57,935 bases of DNA from a virus (IMGVR_UViG_3300049038_000008:1-57935); one strand, 5' to 3'; shown: positions 44,572 through 53,174, counted from the first letter of the stretch. Numbers and translations are program-made. The notes: generated from the letters alone by a model not told the origin.

Positions 44572-44829
44572 CTCTTTGACAATTTCGGCAACCACCTGTC
44601 CTCCGAAGTAAGAGATTAATGCAGCCTATGGGCTTGGTTGCCGAAACTTTTTCGTGAATGAGCAACCGCTGCTTTGACGGTTATCAAGGCCGCCTCTTAT
44701 TAAGAGGGCTAAGTGAAATTAGACACGAATTGCGCTCATTCACGATTGATGTTGGCCGGGAGTTTGTCACAGGGGCGACGATGCTCTCGGCCTTCACCCC
44801 GCCTGATGCCGGATTAAATTCAATGTCAA
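44571..44829 (+). ncRNA. Structured RNA array 2: boxA plus three stem-closed modules
   Basis: GCTCTTTGACAAT at 44571; stems TTTCGGCAACCA:TGGTTGCCGAAA (44583-44646), TCGTGAATGAGC:GCTCATTCACGA (44652-44745), TTGATGTTG:CAATGTCAA (44746-44829). Confidence 0.7.
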
Positions 44830-44858
44830 GGGAGATGGCGTTGGGCGGGGAGGTTATT

Positions 44859-45200
44859 ATGCGAGTAAGCGAGAGACAACCAGCGAGAAGCCGGGGCAAC
44901 TACTACTGCGTGGACTGTGGCATCCCTGTGACGTTTCAAGCTCAACGGTGTAAGAAGCACTACTTGAAAACCAAGTTGGTGGTGAATACCAGTCTGAATG
45001 CTGTTGAGCGGCGGCTAAAGAGTATGCCAAAGGATTTGCAAGCAATCGTTCTGCGGATCGCATCTCGCTATGAAATGAAATCGGTGTTTACCAAAAGAGC
45101 CATACTCTTGGAGGCAATTGAGGTGGTGCAGGCGGCTGTCAGGTGTCAGGGTCGGTGTTGTGCGGGGAAAAGTCTGAGTGAAAGGTTAGAGGGGCTGTGA
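44859..45200 (+). CDS. Hypothetical protein with CxxC...CxxH Zn finger
   Basis: Start re-set to ATG 44859 after GGAGG; CVDCG...RCKKH. Confidence 0.65.
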   Translation: MRVSERQPARSRGNYYCVDCGIPVTFQAQRCKKHYLKTKLVVNTSLNAVERRLKSMPKDLQAIVLRIASRYEMKSVFTKRAILLEAIEVVQAAVRCQGRCCAGKSLSERLEGL

Positions 45201-45215
45201 AAGGGAGAAGAAGAA

Positions 45216-46217
45216 ATGAATTTTAACAGGGAGGCATTTTTTAAGAGTTATAGGAAAGCGTTTGGCAGACTCACGCAGTCACAAGTTTCAGGCATTGAAG
45301 ATTTGCTTGATTTTATTGAAGCCGATGAGGCGTGGGGCGATTCCGTGATCGATGTTCAACAGGTCAGTTATATGTTGGCAACAATTAAGCATGAATGCGC
45401 TGATAAGTGGAAACCTATAAATGAGTATGCTAGTGGCGCTGCTTATGAAGGACGCAGAGATTTAGGCAATACAAAGAAAGGTGATGGCGTTCGGTTCAAA
45501 GGCCGGGGCTATGTGCAGATCACGGGTCGCACAAATTACACCACGTTCTCAAAGATTACCGGCGCAAACCTTGTGGAATTTCCTGAGACTGCACTATCCC
45601 CGCCAATCAGTTATCACATCGCCAGCGAAGGGATGAGGCGCGGCTTGTTTACTGGTAAATCGCTTGATGATTATATCAACGAAGATAAAACAGATTTCTA
45701 CCAAGCGCGGCGAATCATAAACAAATTAGATAAAGCCAAACTAATTGCCAGCTATGCGGTATTGTTTGAAACCATCTTAGGCGATGCTTTGACTGAAGGG
45801 CAGGAACCATTGGCGGCGGAAGCTAATGGAAACGGTTACTCTTCTTCTCCGCCTGCCCTTCAACCAGAGTCACAGATACCCGCTCCAGTCCAAACAGTAG
45901 AGCAAGGCGCAACAGGCGTTCAACTAAATCAGCCCACTTTGCCTGTGGTGAGCAGCGCCTTCGATGAACCCGTGAAAATCGCAAAAGGCAAATCCACCGA
46001 CCTACTCAACTATCTAATGTCTGCCTCTGGCATCGGCTCCATAGTGGCCTTCTATCAACAGAACCCAATGCTGACCATATTCTTTGCCTGCATCGTCGTG
46101 GTGGCGGTACTAACAGTCGTCATAGTTGTCCATTTGCGGAAGATGAAAGAGGCTGAGACGAAATCCGACCCTACTAAATATTCGATTCAGTTTTCTAATG
46201 AGGTGAAGGCACCATGA
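45216..46217 (+). CDS. Endolysin, glycoside hydrolase family 19, with C-terminal hydrophobic segments
   Basis: YMLATIKHE, YEGRRDLGN..GDG.RFKGRGYVQITGRTNY, ARRIIN; Pro/Gln linker; TM tail. Confidence 0.9.
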   Translation: MNFNREAFFKSYRKAFGRLTQSQVSGIEDLLDFIEADEAWGDSVIDVQQVSYMLATIKHECADKWKPINEYASGAAYEGRRDLGNTKKGDGVRFKGRGYVQITGRTNYTTFSKITGANLVEFPETALSPPISYHIASEGMRRGLFTGKSLDDYINEDKTDFYQARRIINKLDKAKLIASYAVLFETILGDALTEGQEPLAAEANGNGYSSSPPALQPESQIPAPVQTVEQGATGVQLNQPTLPVVSSAFDEPVKIAKGKSTDLLNYLMSASGIGSIVAFYQQNPMLTIFFACIVVVAVLTVVIVVHLRKMKEAETKSDPTKYSIQFSNEVKAP

Positions 46218-46465
46218 AACTTGTTTACATCCGATGGAACGACGCCGGTGGCGAGTACCAGAAATGGATGTATGGTGACGGCCTGGATGTTCGTTTTGAA
46301 CTACAGAGCGCCGGAATATTGGTTTACGAAAACAAGGAAGTCATCACCATTGCGATGGATTTTGACGGCGAGAAGTTCAGGGATGTTGCAAGCGTGCCAA
46401 AGGTGAACGTACTAGAGATTAAATATTTTGAAGTGAAAGGGAGTAAGAGATATGCCAAGCCGTAA
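46214..46465 (+). CDS. Conserved small phage protein
   Basis: LVYIRWNDA...SAGILV pattern; ATGA coupling. Confidence 0.65.
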   Translation: MKLVYIRWNDAGGEYQKWMYGDGLDVRFELQSAGILVYENKEVITIAMDFDGEKFRDVASVPKVNVLEIKYFEVKGSKRYAKP

Positions 46466-46700
46466 AATCTTAATCATATTATCTAGGCCAGGTGGCTACA
46501 AGTATTTGAAGACCCGTGAAGAGTGCGCCGAGAAAACATTGGAAAATGCCAAACGCCTGGGCTATCGCGTAGCCTCTCGTAACGACCCCGGCATAACTGA
46601 GCCATTGACAGAAACATTCTATTTGTCGGTGGAGTCGGCAAAAGCGGCGGCTGAGAGTGCCGGTTATCGCGCCTTCACGGTGCAGAGTTTGCGAGGGTAG
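46452..46700 (+). CDS. Hypothetical protein
   Basis: ORF track; GGGAG RBS. Confidence 0.55.
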   Translation: MPSRKILIILSRPGGYKYLKTREECAEKTLENAKRLGYRVASRNDPGITEPLTETFYLSVESAKAAAESAGYRAFTVQSLRG

Positions 46701-46703
46701 CTT

Positions 46704-46889
46704 ATGACTTGCGGCATCTGTGGTCAAAAGACTAATCGCATTCATAAGAATGTTGCGGAGTGCCTGAAATCCATGTCGGCAGATTTGAACCGCCTGCACG
46801 AAAAACTTGATGCTTTGCCAACTTGCTATTGCGAAGCGCCCAAAGATGAGGCCGGTGTTTGCGAACGAGAAAAGGCGGTGACGGGATGA
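46704..46889 (+). CDS. Small Cys-rich protein
   Basis: CGICG...H....C; GAGG RBS. Confidence 0.5.
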   Translation: MTCGICGQKTNRIHKNVAECLKSMSADLNRLHEKLDALPTCYCEAPKDEAGVCEREKAVTG

Positions 46890-47162
46890 ACGAAAAGGAA
46901 AGCTTCTTTTGGGATAACTTTGAGGCCATCATGATTGTCGTCTTTGTGTTGATCGTAGCGGGGCTGATTACCTGGGCGGTGACGTGGTGAGCAAATACCA
47001 TATCAGTTTCATCTATACGGAAAAGACCAAGGACGGGGAAACCGTGCTGAGGTCTAAGCAAAGAGTCGTAGAGGCGAAAAGTATGAATGATGCGGTAGAC
47101 AGATTGAAGAAAGAATTTGGCGAACCCCTCCGCATCACTTCTTGTCATAAGGAAGGGTAGGG

Positions 47163-47369
47163 GTGATTACTGGACTACGGAAATTCATCATCACCCTTTT
47201 GGTGATTGCCATTGCCAGCACGCTCGTATGGATTGGCAAGATTACCAGTGATAACTATGTCACGCTGATTTCTCTTATCGTGGGGGCTTATTTTACGGCG
47301 AATGTTGGCTCGAAGCTGGCGGATAAGGTTGCCGTCACAACAAAAAGTCAGGAGGTAAAACAACCATGA
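47163..47369 (+). CDS. Holin candidate (2 TM)
   Basis: RKFIITLL...GKI....YV.L...VGAYF.ANV pattern. Confidence 0.65.
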   Translation: MITGLRKFIITLLVIAIASTLVWIGKITSDNYVTLISLIVGAYFTANVGSKLADKVAVTTKSQEVKQP

Positions 47370-47512
47370 TTGCACTAATCATTTGCATACTCGGATTAAT
47401 CGTCTATGCCATTTCCGCGGGAAGAAACGCAACAGCCGCGGAGATCGGTAGAATAGCTTTTGCTATGGGCCTATTGGCGTGGCTGCTGACGGGTGCGAGG
47501 GTGCCGGTATGA
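47366..47512 (+). CDS. 48 aa two-TM membrane protein
   Basis: Manual translation MIALIICILGLIVYAISAG...EIGRIAFAMGLLAWLL; GGAGG RBS. Confidence 0.6.
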   Translation: MIALIICILGLIVYAISAGRNATAAEIGRIAFAMGLLAWLLTGARVPV

Positions 47513-47943
47513 AAAGGCTATGGACTACCTTTCTCACGCTCTCACCCCTTGCGCAAATCGGGCTGGTGCTTGGGCCGTTGGTGGTGATGGCGCTGGTGAG
47601 CGGTGGGGTGGGCGGGTGCGTGAGCAAAATCAAAGACCGCCGCTTTGATGCCGCCATTCAAAAGGAACGTGCCGAGCGTGATAAGTTCAAGCAAAAGGCA
47701 GATGAGGCGGAAGAAAGGGCTAAGGCTGCCGAGGCAGACAAAGCGCGATACCAGGCGGCTTTTGAGATCGCAGGCACTAAGGCCCAAGCCGCAATGGATA
47801 AGGTGCAAGATGCAGAGAATAAATTTAACCAAGAAGTTGCTGACATTTCTAACCCTGTTGACCCTTGCGAACGCCTCAAACGGATTCGCGCAAAGCTCGG
47901 TCTACCCGAAACCGCCTGCACCACAGAAGAAAATCCAGATTGA
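47509..47943 (+). CDS. Inner-membrane spanin-like protein (Rz-like)
   Basis: N-terminal TM, Ala-rich coiled coil, C-terminal Cys residues. Confidence 0.65.
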   Translation: MKRLWTTFLTLSPLAQIGLVLGPLVVMALVSGGVGGCVSKIKDRRFDAAIQKERAERDKFKQKADEAEERAKAAEADKARYQAAFEIAGTKAQAAMDKVQDAENKFNQEVADISNPVDPCERLKRIRAKLGLPETACTTEENPD

Positions 47944-48283
47944 TGAGGCGACTCTAGTTGAAATGGAGAAGGCTTTGGCCGAGAGGGACAAACTCCGTGT
48001 GCAGGTAGATGCTCAAAAGGCTGTTATAATAGCCAAAGATGAGCAGATTTTGGCTTTACAGGGGGTTTTGAAAGTCCAAGAGCAAATCGCCTCAGATTGG
48101 AAGGCCGCCGCGTTAAATCGCAAATCTGCCATCACCGCAGATGAAGCCCTTTTCAAGAGATACGATGATGAGGTTGCCCGATTGCGGCTTGAGCGGGATT
48201 CTGCCCGACGCAATAATCTACTCTATGGCGCTGTGGGTACGGTGTTTGGAATTGCGGTTGGGGTGGTGGCGAGTAGAAAGTGA
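47810..48283 (+). CDS. Overlapping spanin partner-like protein (signal peptide, coiled coil, C-terminal hydrophobic segment)
   Basis: Starts inside the Rz-like gene in another frame (MQRINLTKKLLTFLTLLTLANA...); no lipobox Cys; Gly-rich hydrophobic C-terminus. Confidence 0.6.
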   Translation: MQRINLTKKLLTFLTLLTLANASNGFAQSSVYPKPPAPQKKIQIDEATLVEMEKALAERDKLRVQVDAQKAVIIAKDEQILALQGVLKVQEQIASDWKAAALNRKSAITADEALFKRYDDEVARLRLERDSARRNNLLYGAVGTVFGIAVGVVASRK

Positions 48284-48442
48284 TTAAGCCCACGGTGGGT
48301 CAGTAGTCCACTGTCTCGGCTTTGGCTCTGGATAATCGGGGTTGTAGTTTAACAACCTGCATAGCGCCGCCATCTGCTCACTGCGCTCAACGAAAGCAGC
48401 AATTCGTTCCAACTCTTCATCTGTGAATTTTGTTTCTGCCAT
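48284..48442 (-). CDS. Small hypothetical protein, 52 aa
   Basis: Manual translation MAETKFTDEELERIAAFVE...; GGAG RBS; convergent with the lysis operon. Confidence 0.55.
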   Translation of the reverse strand: MAETKFTDEELERIAAFVERSEQMAALCRLLNYNPDYPEPKPRQWTTDPPWA

Positions 48443-48655
48443 TTAATCTCCGCCCGCCCGTTTTTCCAACCCTCTCAACCAGCCGATTTGCTTGCCGCTG
48501 ATGTATTTGGATTTTTCCGCCCGCCGCTCCATGTTCAGAATAAACCCCGCCTCAACTAAACTGAATCCACCTATTACTGGTTTAAGTCTAGCTATAATTT
48601 CTTTAGTCTCTATTACTCTCTTTTCACTTCTAGCTTTAGAGTTATTTAGTTTCAT
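48443..48655 (-). CDS. Hypothetical protein
   Basis: EAGFI..M....ISGKQIGWLRGL pattern; start probably MKLNNSK. Confidence 0.6.
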   Translation of the reverse strand: MKLNNSKARSEKRVIETKEIIARLKPVIGGFSLVEAGFILNMERRAEKSKYISGKQIGWLRGLEKRAGGD

Positions 48656-48659
48656 AAAA

Positions 48660-49071
48660 ACCTTGAGGGTCACTAGATTCAAGGCAACCACGCGAGAAGA
48701 CGGCTAATTCGGCGCAAAATCAAGGCTATTGCCCTTTTGCATCCTACTAAAGCGTCGTATTCTCACGCGAAGCTAATATGATTAAGGGTACTACTGGTTA
48801 ATTGGGTCACTGAGTTCGCGGCTCTTTTCGCGTAAAGGCAACGCTCTGCAAAGGTCTTGAACCTTCACCCGTGGCGGTTATCTTGTACCACGGGAGTTTC
48901 TGAGCGGGAAGACGACCAGGGTTCAACTTATTAGATTTCCCCCTGCGACAACGCTTATCTCGCTGCACAGCCAGTCTACAGACGAGCATTAGGCGACTCG
49001 GAACCCACGATTCAAATGTGACCGTGGCTCGCCTCATTTTTCCAAACACCTTAACCATATTGTCAATGAAC
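48660..49071 (-). ncRNA. Structured RNA array 3: boxA plus several stem-closed modules
   Basis: GTTCATTGACAAT at 49071-49059; modules 49034-48991, about 48985-48910, 48906-48842 (T-arm mimic) and 48769-48689 (stem closes with G-U pairs on the minus strand only). Confidence 0.6.
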
Positions 49072-49139
49072 TATTCAGTTTTTGTGCTGGCTATTTTCGT
49101 CTTTTGCTGAAACAACGGGGTTGCCTAATGTTTCTCCGG

Positions 49140-49340
49140 CAAATGAAAAAGCCCGCTTCTCTGAACGTGCGATTGTGGAATTACCTCTAAGGCGGATTGC
49201 AAGAAGATGAAACAAGTTGAGGTTGCGCGTTCTTCAAAACGGGCTTCGACTGGGTTTCCCCAGGCTACTCATAAACTGTCAATACATCTTCTTGCCTTTA
49301 GCCCAATAAGTGACATTCCACAGTCACATATCAGAAAGGC
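49140..49340 (-). ncRNA. Leader RNA with C4/CI-like antisense/attenuator architecture
   Basis: 5' hairpin loop TGTGGAAT complementary to downstream ATTCCACA; 97-nt unit closed by GCAAGAAGATG:CATCTTCTTGC; AAGCCCG:CGGGCTT followed by a T run. Confidence 0.6.
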
Positions 49341-49341
49341 T

Positions 49342-49370
49342 ATTGTATCAAAGATGTAGTGCTTTAAACA
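49342..49370 (-). promoter_or_regulatory. Putative leftward promoter (extended -10)
   Basis: TGaTACAAT at 49350-49342; shares CACTACATCTT with the 18.3-kb promoter. Confidence 0.55.
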
Positions 49371-49446
49371 ACACCTAAGTACAAGCTGTGGTGTTTTTTC
49401 TCATCCCCCTCCGGCATCGCGGTTGGCTAAAGCAGAAAATGCACGG

Positions 49447-49692
49447 TTAAAACTTCCGGCGTAAAACCAACTTAGTGTTTTCAACCGTTTCACATTCAAC
49501 ATCCGTTATTAGTGCATCGGGGTATTTGTCCCGATAACCGCGCACCACGATGCCGACTTCAAAAGCTAAACCCCAGACGGTGACATTCTCGAAATCCTTA
49601 CCCCTGCAATAGCAAGCCGTCACCCTTAATCCCGTGGTGTTGTACCATCCCACGTTAACATGAACGCTATTTGCTGTCCCTTCAAGATTCAT
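49447..49692 (-). CDS. Hypothetical protein
   Basis: Probable start MNLEGTANSV with GGAG RBS. Confidence 0.5.
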   Translation of the reverse strand: MNLEGTANSVHVNVGWYNTTGLRVTACYCRGKDFENVTVWGLAFEVGIVVRGYRDKYPDALITDVECETVENTKLVLRRKF

Positions 49693-49840
49693 CTGTGTTC
49701 TCCAAATCCCCCACCGGCACCACCAACCATCTGACCCCTTCACCCTCAAGCGCGATGATGACGTTATCCGGGGTTTGGTCAATGATGACGCCACGGCCAT
49801 ACTCTTCGTCTTCAACGGTTTTGCCGATTAGGGGTTTCAT
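49682..49840 (-). CDS. Small SH3-like hypothetical protein
   Basis: MKPLIGKTVEDEEYGRGVII pattern; start re-set from the ORF track. Confidence 0.5.
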   Translation of the reverse strand: MKPLIGKTVEDEEYGRGVIIDQTPDNVIIALEGEGVRWLVVPVGDLENTDES

Positions 49841-49844
49841 TGTT

Positions 49845-50084
49845 TCAATCCACAAACGGGCATTTGCCTTCATCGCGGCAATCAGGGTTGGTCTTACAAT
49901 TAACCCACAGGCGTTGACGCGGCACGTCCCTTTCTTCTGGATGCCGGGGTGCTCGATTCTCCTTGAGGCGCAAGCAACCGCCATCAGGGTCGGTTGGCGG
50001 GTCGTAGGCTTTACAGGTTCCGGCAACCTCATCCGCGTTGCTTGGTAGGTTATAGAATATGCCGTCTAGTTCTACTAAAACCAT
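49845..50084 (-). CDS. Hypothetical protein
   Basis: ORF track; GGGAG RBS. Confidence 0.55.
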   Translation of the reverse strand: MVLVELDGIFYNLPSNADEVAGTCKAYDPPTDPDGGCLRLKENRAPRHPEERDVPRQRLWVNCKTNPDCRDEGKCPFVD

Positions 50085-50130
50085 AGATTTCTCCCCCGCG
50101 CCTACTCACCGGCAAAAGGTGAGTGGCTTT

Positions 50131-50328
50131 TTAGGCGTTATCCCAAGGAATGCTTAACAACTCCAAAGCTTTTTCTAGCAATATTGCCGGGTGCATTTCA
50201 AATACCTTTTCATCGTTGACATAAAGATATGTCGAATCGTTATCAATGGTCAGGCGGTCATATTCACCGAGTTTTAACTCGCCTGATTTAATTGCGTTTT
50301 GTAAACTTTCTAAAGTTTTATATTTCAT
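50131..50328 (-). CDS. Hypothetical protein
   Basis: ORF track; GGAG RBS. Confidence 0.6.
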   Translation of the reverse strand: MKYKTLESLQNAIKSGELKLGEYDRLTIDNDSTYLYVNDEKVFEMHPAILLEKALELLSIPWDNA

Positions 50329-50369
50329 AATCTCCGATTCTCCTCCCCCACGCGCCCGGCGGCAAAGCG

Positions 50370-50684
50370 TCAGCTTTTTACGGCCTTCAAAAACGCTCGT
50401 TCAATATCTCCTATGTCAGACTCGTATTTTGTACGAATCTGTTCAGCTTTTACTGCATAGTCGGTAAGAATATTATTGCACCCTTTACAGATGCGAGGTG
50501 GATAATCGCCGCTATCTTCACCCGTGAACGGATGCTCAGGCAGCCATTTGCCGCAGTCGTAACACACATCTTTACCACAACCAAAGCAGTTTTTAATCTG
50601 ACCACCATATGTAGACTCCTGACCGCAGAAATCACAGAAGGGAACTTTGTTATTGTAAGTTCGAGTAACGGTTTTTATGCCCAT
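50370..50684 (-). CDS. Multi-CxxC Zn-finger protein
   Basis: CDFC, CFGC, CYDC, CKGC. Confidence 0.7.
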   Translation of the reverse strand: MGIKTVTRTYNNKVPFCDFCGQESTYGGQIKNCFGCGKDVCYDCGKWLPEHPFTGEDSGDYPPRICKGCNNILTDYAVKAEQIRTKYESDIGDIERAFLKAVKS

Positions 50685-50842
50685 GGATTTACCCCTTCAC
50701 CTCCTAAAGAAACCAAACCATCTCAGTATCTTCCATACCGCACTTATCACAACGAGTGTCATAGGCAATGCTGACCCTATGGATTCGTCTTTCACCTGTG
50801 CGGTGGTGGTGTTTGCGGTGGAATATGAGGCACCAAAGGTAT

Positions 50843-51286
50843 TTAAGCATCTGTCTTCACCTCCACCGCTTTCAACGCTGCCAAGCAAATCTGCTCAGGC
50901 GATGCGTGCTTGTACATAAATCGGCCTTTTGCATCATCGTAATTGGTCGCTTCACCGACAATATCCCACAGGGCAGCCATATACTCTTCTTGTAGCCCTA
51001 ATTCAGCGATGCGGGTTTCTACGGTGTAGGCGGCGGCAATGTCGGTGGAATATGGCATTGGCTCCCAATACCGAATACGGTCATCCGAGCCGGGACGCAA
51101 CGCAGCAATACGCTCATGCTCTTCGCTTACCCAGTCAAGGGGCGGGTTTGAGCGCCAACCACGGCATTCAGGCCAGGTGCCTATTGCCGGTCTAATGACT
51201 TCCAAGGGAGGGAAGCCCATTAGTTCAGCAATCCTTGCGTCGATCTCCCGCTCATCAATCGGCGTGGGATGGGTCATGGTTAACAT
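50843..51286 (-). CDS. Phage ABA-sandwich-domain-like protein
   Basis: EIDARIAE.MG...PYSTDIAAAY.V...ASPEQICLAAL. Confidence 0.7.
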   Translation of the reverse strand: MLTMTHPTPIDEREIDARIAELMGFPPLEVIRPAIGTWPECRGWRSNPPLDWVSEEHERIAALRPGSDDRIRYWEPMPYSTDIAAAYTVETRIAELGLQEEYMAALWDIVGEATNYDDAKGRFMYKHASPEQICLAALKAVEVKTDA

Positions 51287-51434
51287 CTCCTATAGGGTCT
51301 ATCGCGTTCTAGTTCGGAATTAAACTTACTAATGCAAGATGAGCACATTAAACCTGCAAGAGTTGCCCATATACGGCGAACCTCTCCGCATTGTGGGCAC
51401 GGACGCTCTTTCGGTGGTGATGGTTTATCTGTTG

Positions 51435-51839
51435 TCATTTGCCTTCACCTCCAAGAATCAATTCCTGAATCTCCATTGCCGCGTGTGCCTTAGCCTGCGC
51501 AATGATGTACTCAACCTCTTGCTCTTTTGTACGTTCACCCACAGGGATTGCGCCGATTTGGTTGAGTTTATTGAGCCATTCTTTACCATACGAGGTTATC
51601 TTGTTGCTGGCATCGGCCTTGCCTCGTTCATAAGCGGCGGTGTCGGCAAGGGGGCGGGTGTTCCAGACTGAAATAGCAACGGCCTTATTGATGTGCGCCT
51701 TGGTTATTAAACCACAGTTCTTGCAGTAAACGTGGTTTGAGTAAATGCCGAATTGGGTCAATTTCAGGTCGTTAGTACCGCACATTGGGCAAGGTAACAA
51801 AGCCGCTTCCTCTGCCTTCACCTTCTCATCATTCGCCAT
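51435..51839 (-). CDS. Lar-family restriction alleviation-like protein
   Basis: LLPCPMCG...VYCKNCG...AISVWNTR; start MANDEK with AGGAG RBS. Confidence 0.75.
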   Translation of the reverse strand: MANDEKVKAEEAALLPCPMCGTNDLKLTQFGIYSNHVYCKNCGLITKAHINKAVAISVWNTRPLADTAAYERGKADASNKITSYGKEWLNKLNQIGAIPVGERTKEQEVEYIIAQAKAHAAMEIQELILGGEGK

Positions 51840-52033
51840 CACCCATTCTCCTTTCGGCAATTTTCGCAAATATCGGCATAAGTACCCCGTGGTGCTGGCT
51901 GTTCCTGCGTACCGCGAAGATAAGCCCATCCGTCATCTATGGCACGAACCCTTACTTCTGATGCGTGCTTGAAGTCAGTGTCATAACTTACACCGCAATA
52001 ATCGCAAACGAGTGCTTTAACAATCCCCATCAC
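51839..52033 (-). CDS. Small Zn-finger protein
   Basis: CDYCG...GW...DICENC. Confidence 0.65.
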   Translation of the reverse strand: MMGIVKALVCDYCGVSYDTDFKHASEVRVRAIDDGWAYLRGTQEQPAPRGTYADICENCRKENG

Positions 52034-52689
52034 CCCTTCTCCTTTCTCGCTTTTTCAGCCTCGGCACGGAAGCGATACCACGGCTTCTCCGCGTGGCGTT
52101 CGAGGATGCCGACTGATTCAAGATAAGTAGCGGCATTTGCGCCAATGTCATTACAAGGTCTGATCCATTCGCCATCTATCTTGTCTGTGAAGGATTCGCG
52201 TAAAAACAAGATTCGCGTAAAGCCAATGGCTTCCAACCCCTCGGCAAGCGCCTGAGACTGAAGGGCGGCAAGGGACTGGCGAAGGCCGTCACATTCGGCA
52301 ATCGTATCGGTGAGGGAAGCGGCTGCTTTAAGCCAAAACCTTTCGGGTTTAAGTGCTGGTATTATCGTAGTGAACGCGGCAAAACATTCATCAAGAGCAT
52401 CAAGACTTTTTCGTGCCTCATTTTGGCTTTCTACTGCCAGTCTTTCAGCCTCTCTCTGTGCTTTAAGCCGCGTGTTGCACTCTGCCGCCAATCGGTCATT
52501 GCGCTGGTCGAGTTCAGCCACTTGCTTTTTCAAAGACTCAATCTCCGCCCTCACTTCATCCAGCTTACCGTCAACATCGGCAACCCGATAAAACTGCCCG
52601 TCGCTGGATTCCACGGCGTCGTATGGCTCACCACAGAAGATGGAATAGCGTTTCAGTCTTGCCTTTTGGTCGGGGGAAGGGGTGGTCAT
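52030..52689 (-). CDS. Coiled-coil hypothetical protein
   Basis: LKRY...DGQFYRVADV pattern; long coiled coil; GGAGG RBS. Confidence 0.7.
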   Translation of the reverse strand: MTTPSPDQKARLKRYSIFCGEPYDAVESSDGQFYRVADVDGKLDEVRAEIESLKKQVAELDQRNDRLAAECNTRLKAQREAERLAVESQNEARKSLDALDECFAAFTTIIPALKPERFWLKAAASLTDTIAECDGLRQSLAALQSQALAEGLEAIGFTRILFLRESFTDKIDGEWIRPCNDIGANAATYLESVGILERHAEKPWYRFRAEAEKARKEKG

Positions 52690-52694
52690 AATGG

Positions 52695-53174
52695 TTAAGC
52701 CTCCAAAGATTCAATACATCGTTTTAATGCATCCCGAACGCGCTGTGACATTTTAGGGTGATACCACCAGGCTACGCTGTCTAACTCTCCGCGCTTTTCC
52801 ATTTCTGCAGTTTGACGCTCAACATCTGCCAGCACACAAAGTAATCGCCCAAAATCGCCACGATGCTCAAGTAGATAATATAAAAAATTGGAAAAACTTT
52901 CGGCTGTTAGTCCGTGCAGGTCTTCGCGTTGTTCCTGTAAGTAAGGGAAGCCAGCGTAAACCAAATCAGGAATCAGGCACCACAAGGGAAGCCGCGAATA
53001 TCCAGCCGTGATAGAACCAGTAACGCGACCATCATGCACGACCATGTTTGGATAGTCTTCGGTTTCCACTCTTGGTTCTCGCAAATGTGGCATACCGCAA
53101 AAGGGTTGCTGCCATTTGGGGAGGTCGTCAAAGTTAAGCGGCTCTCTGATTACCTTTTTCTTTTTTCTCATCAT
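52695..53174 (-). CDS. Hypothetical protein (weak DUF433-like segment)
   Basis: VVHDGRVTGSITAGYSRLPLW; start MMRKKK after AGGAG. Confidence 0.55.
   Translation of the reverse strand: MMRKKKKVIREPLNFDDLPKWQQPFCGMPHLREPRVETEDYPNMVVHDGRVTGSITAGYSRLPLWCLIPDLVYAGFPYLQEQREDLHGLTAESFSNFLYYLLEHRGDFGRLLCVLADVERQTAEMEKRGELDSVAWWYHPKMSQRVRDALKRCIESLEA

Noticed and set aside
44658-44858. N-terminal extension of ORF 44658..45200
   Set aside because: Overlaps RNA array 2; a strong GGAGG precedes ATG 44859
49140-49340. 6S RNA
   Set aside because: A rod of about 190 nt can be drawn, but competing local hairpins and a terminator-like end fit an attenuator better; not excluded without cmscan
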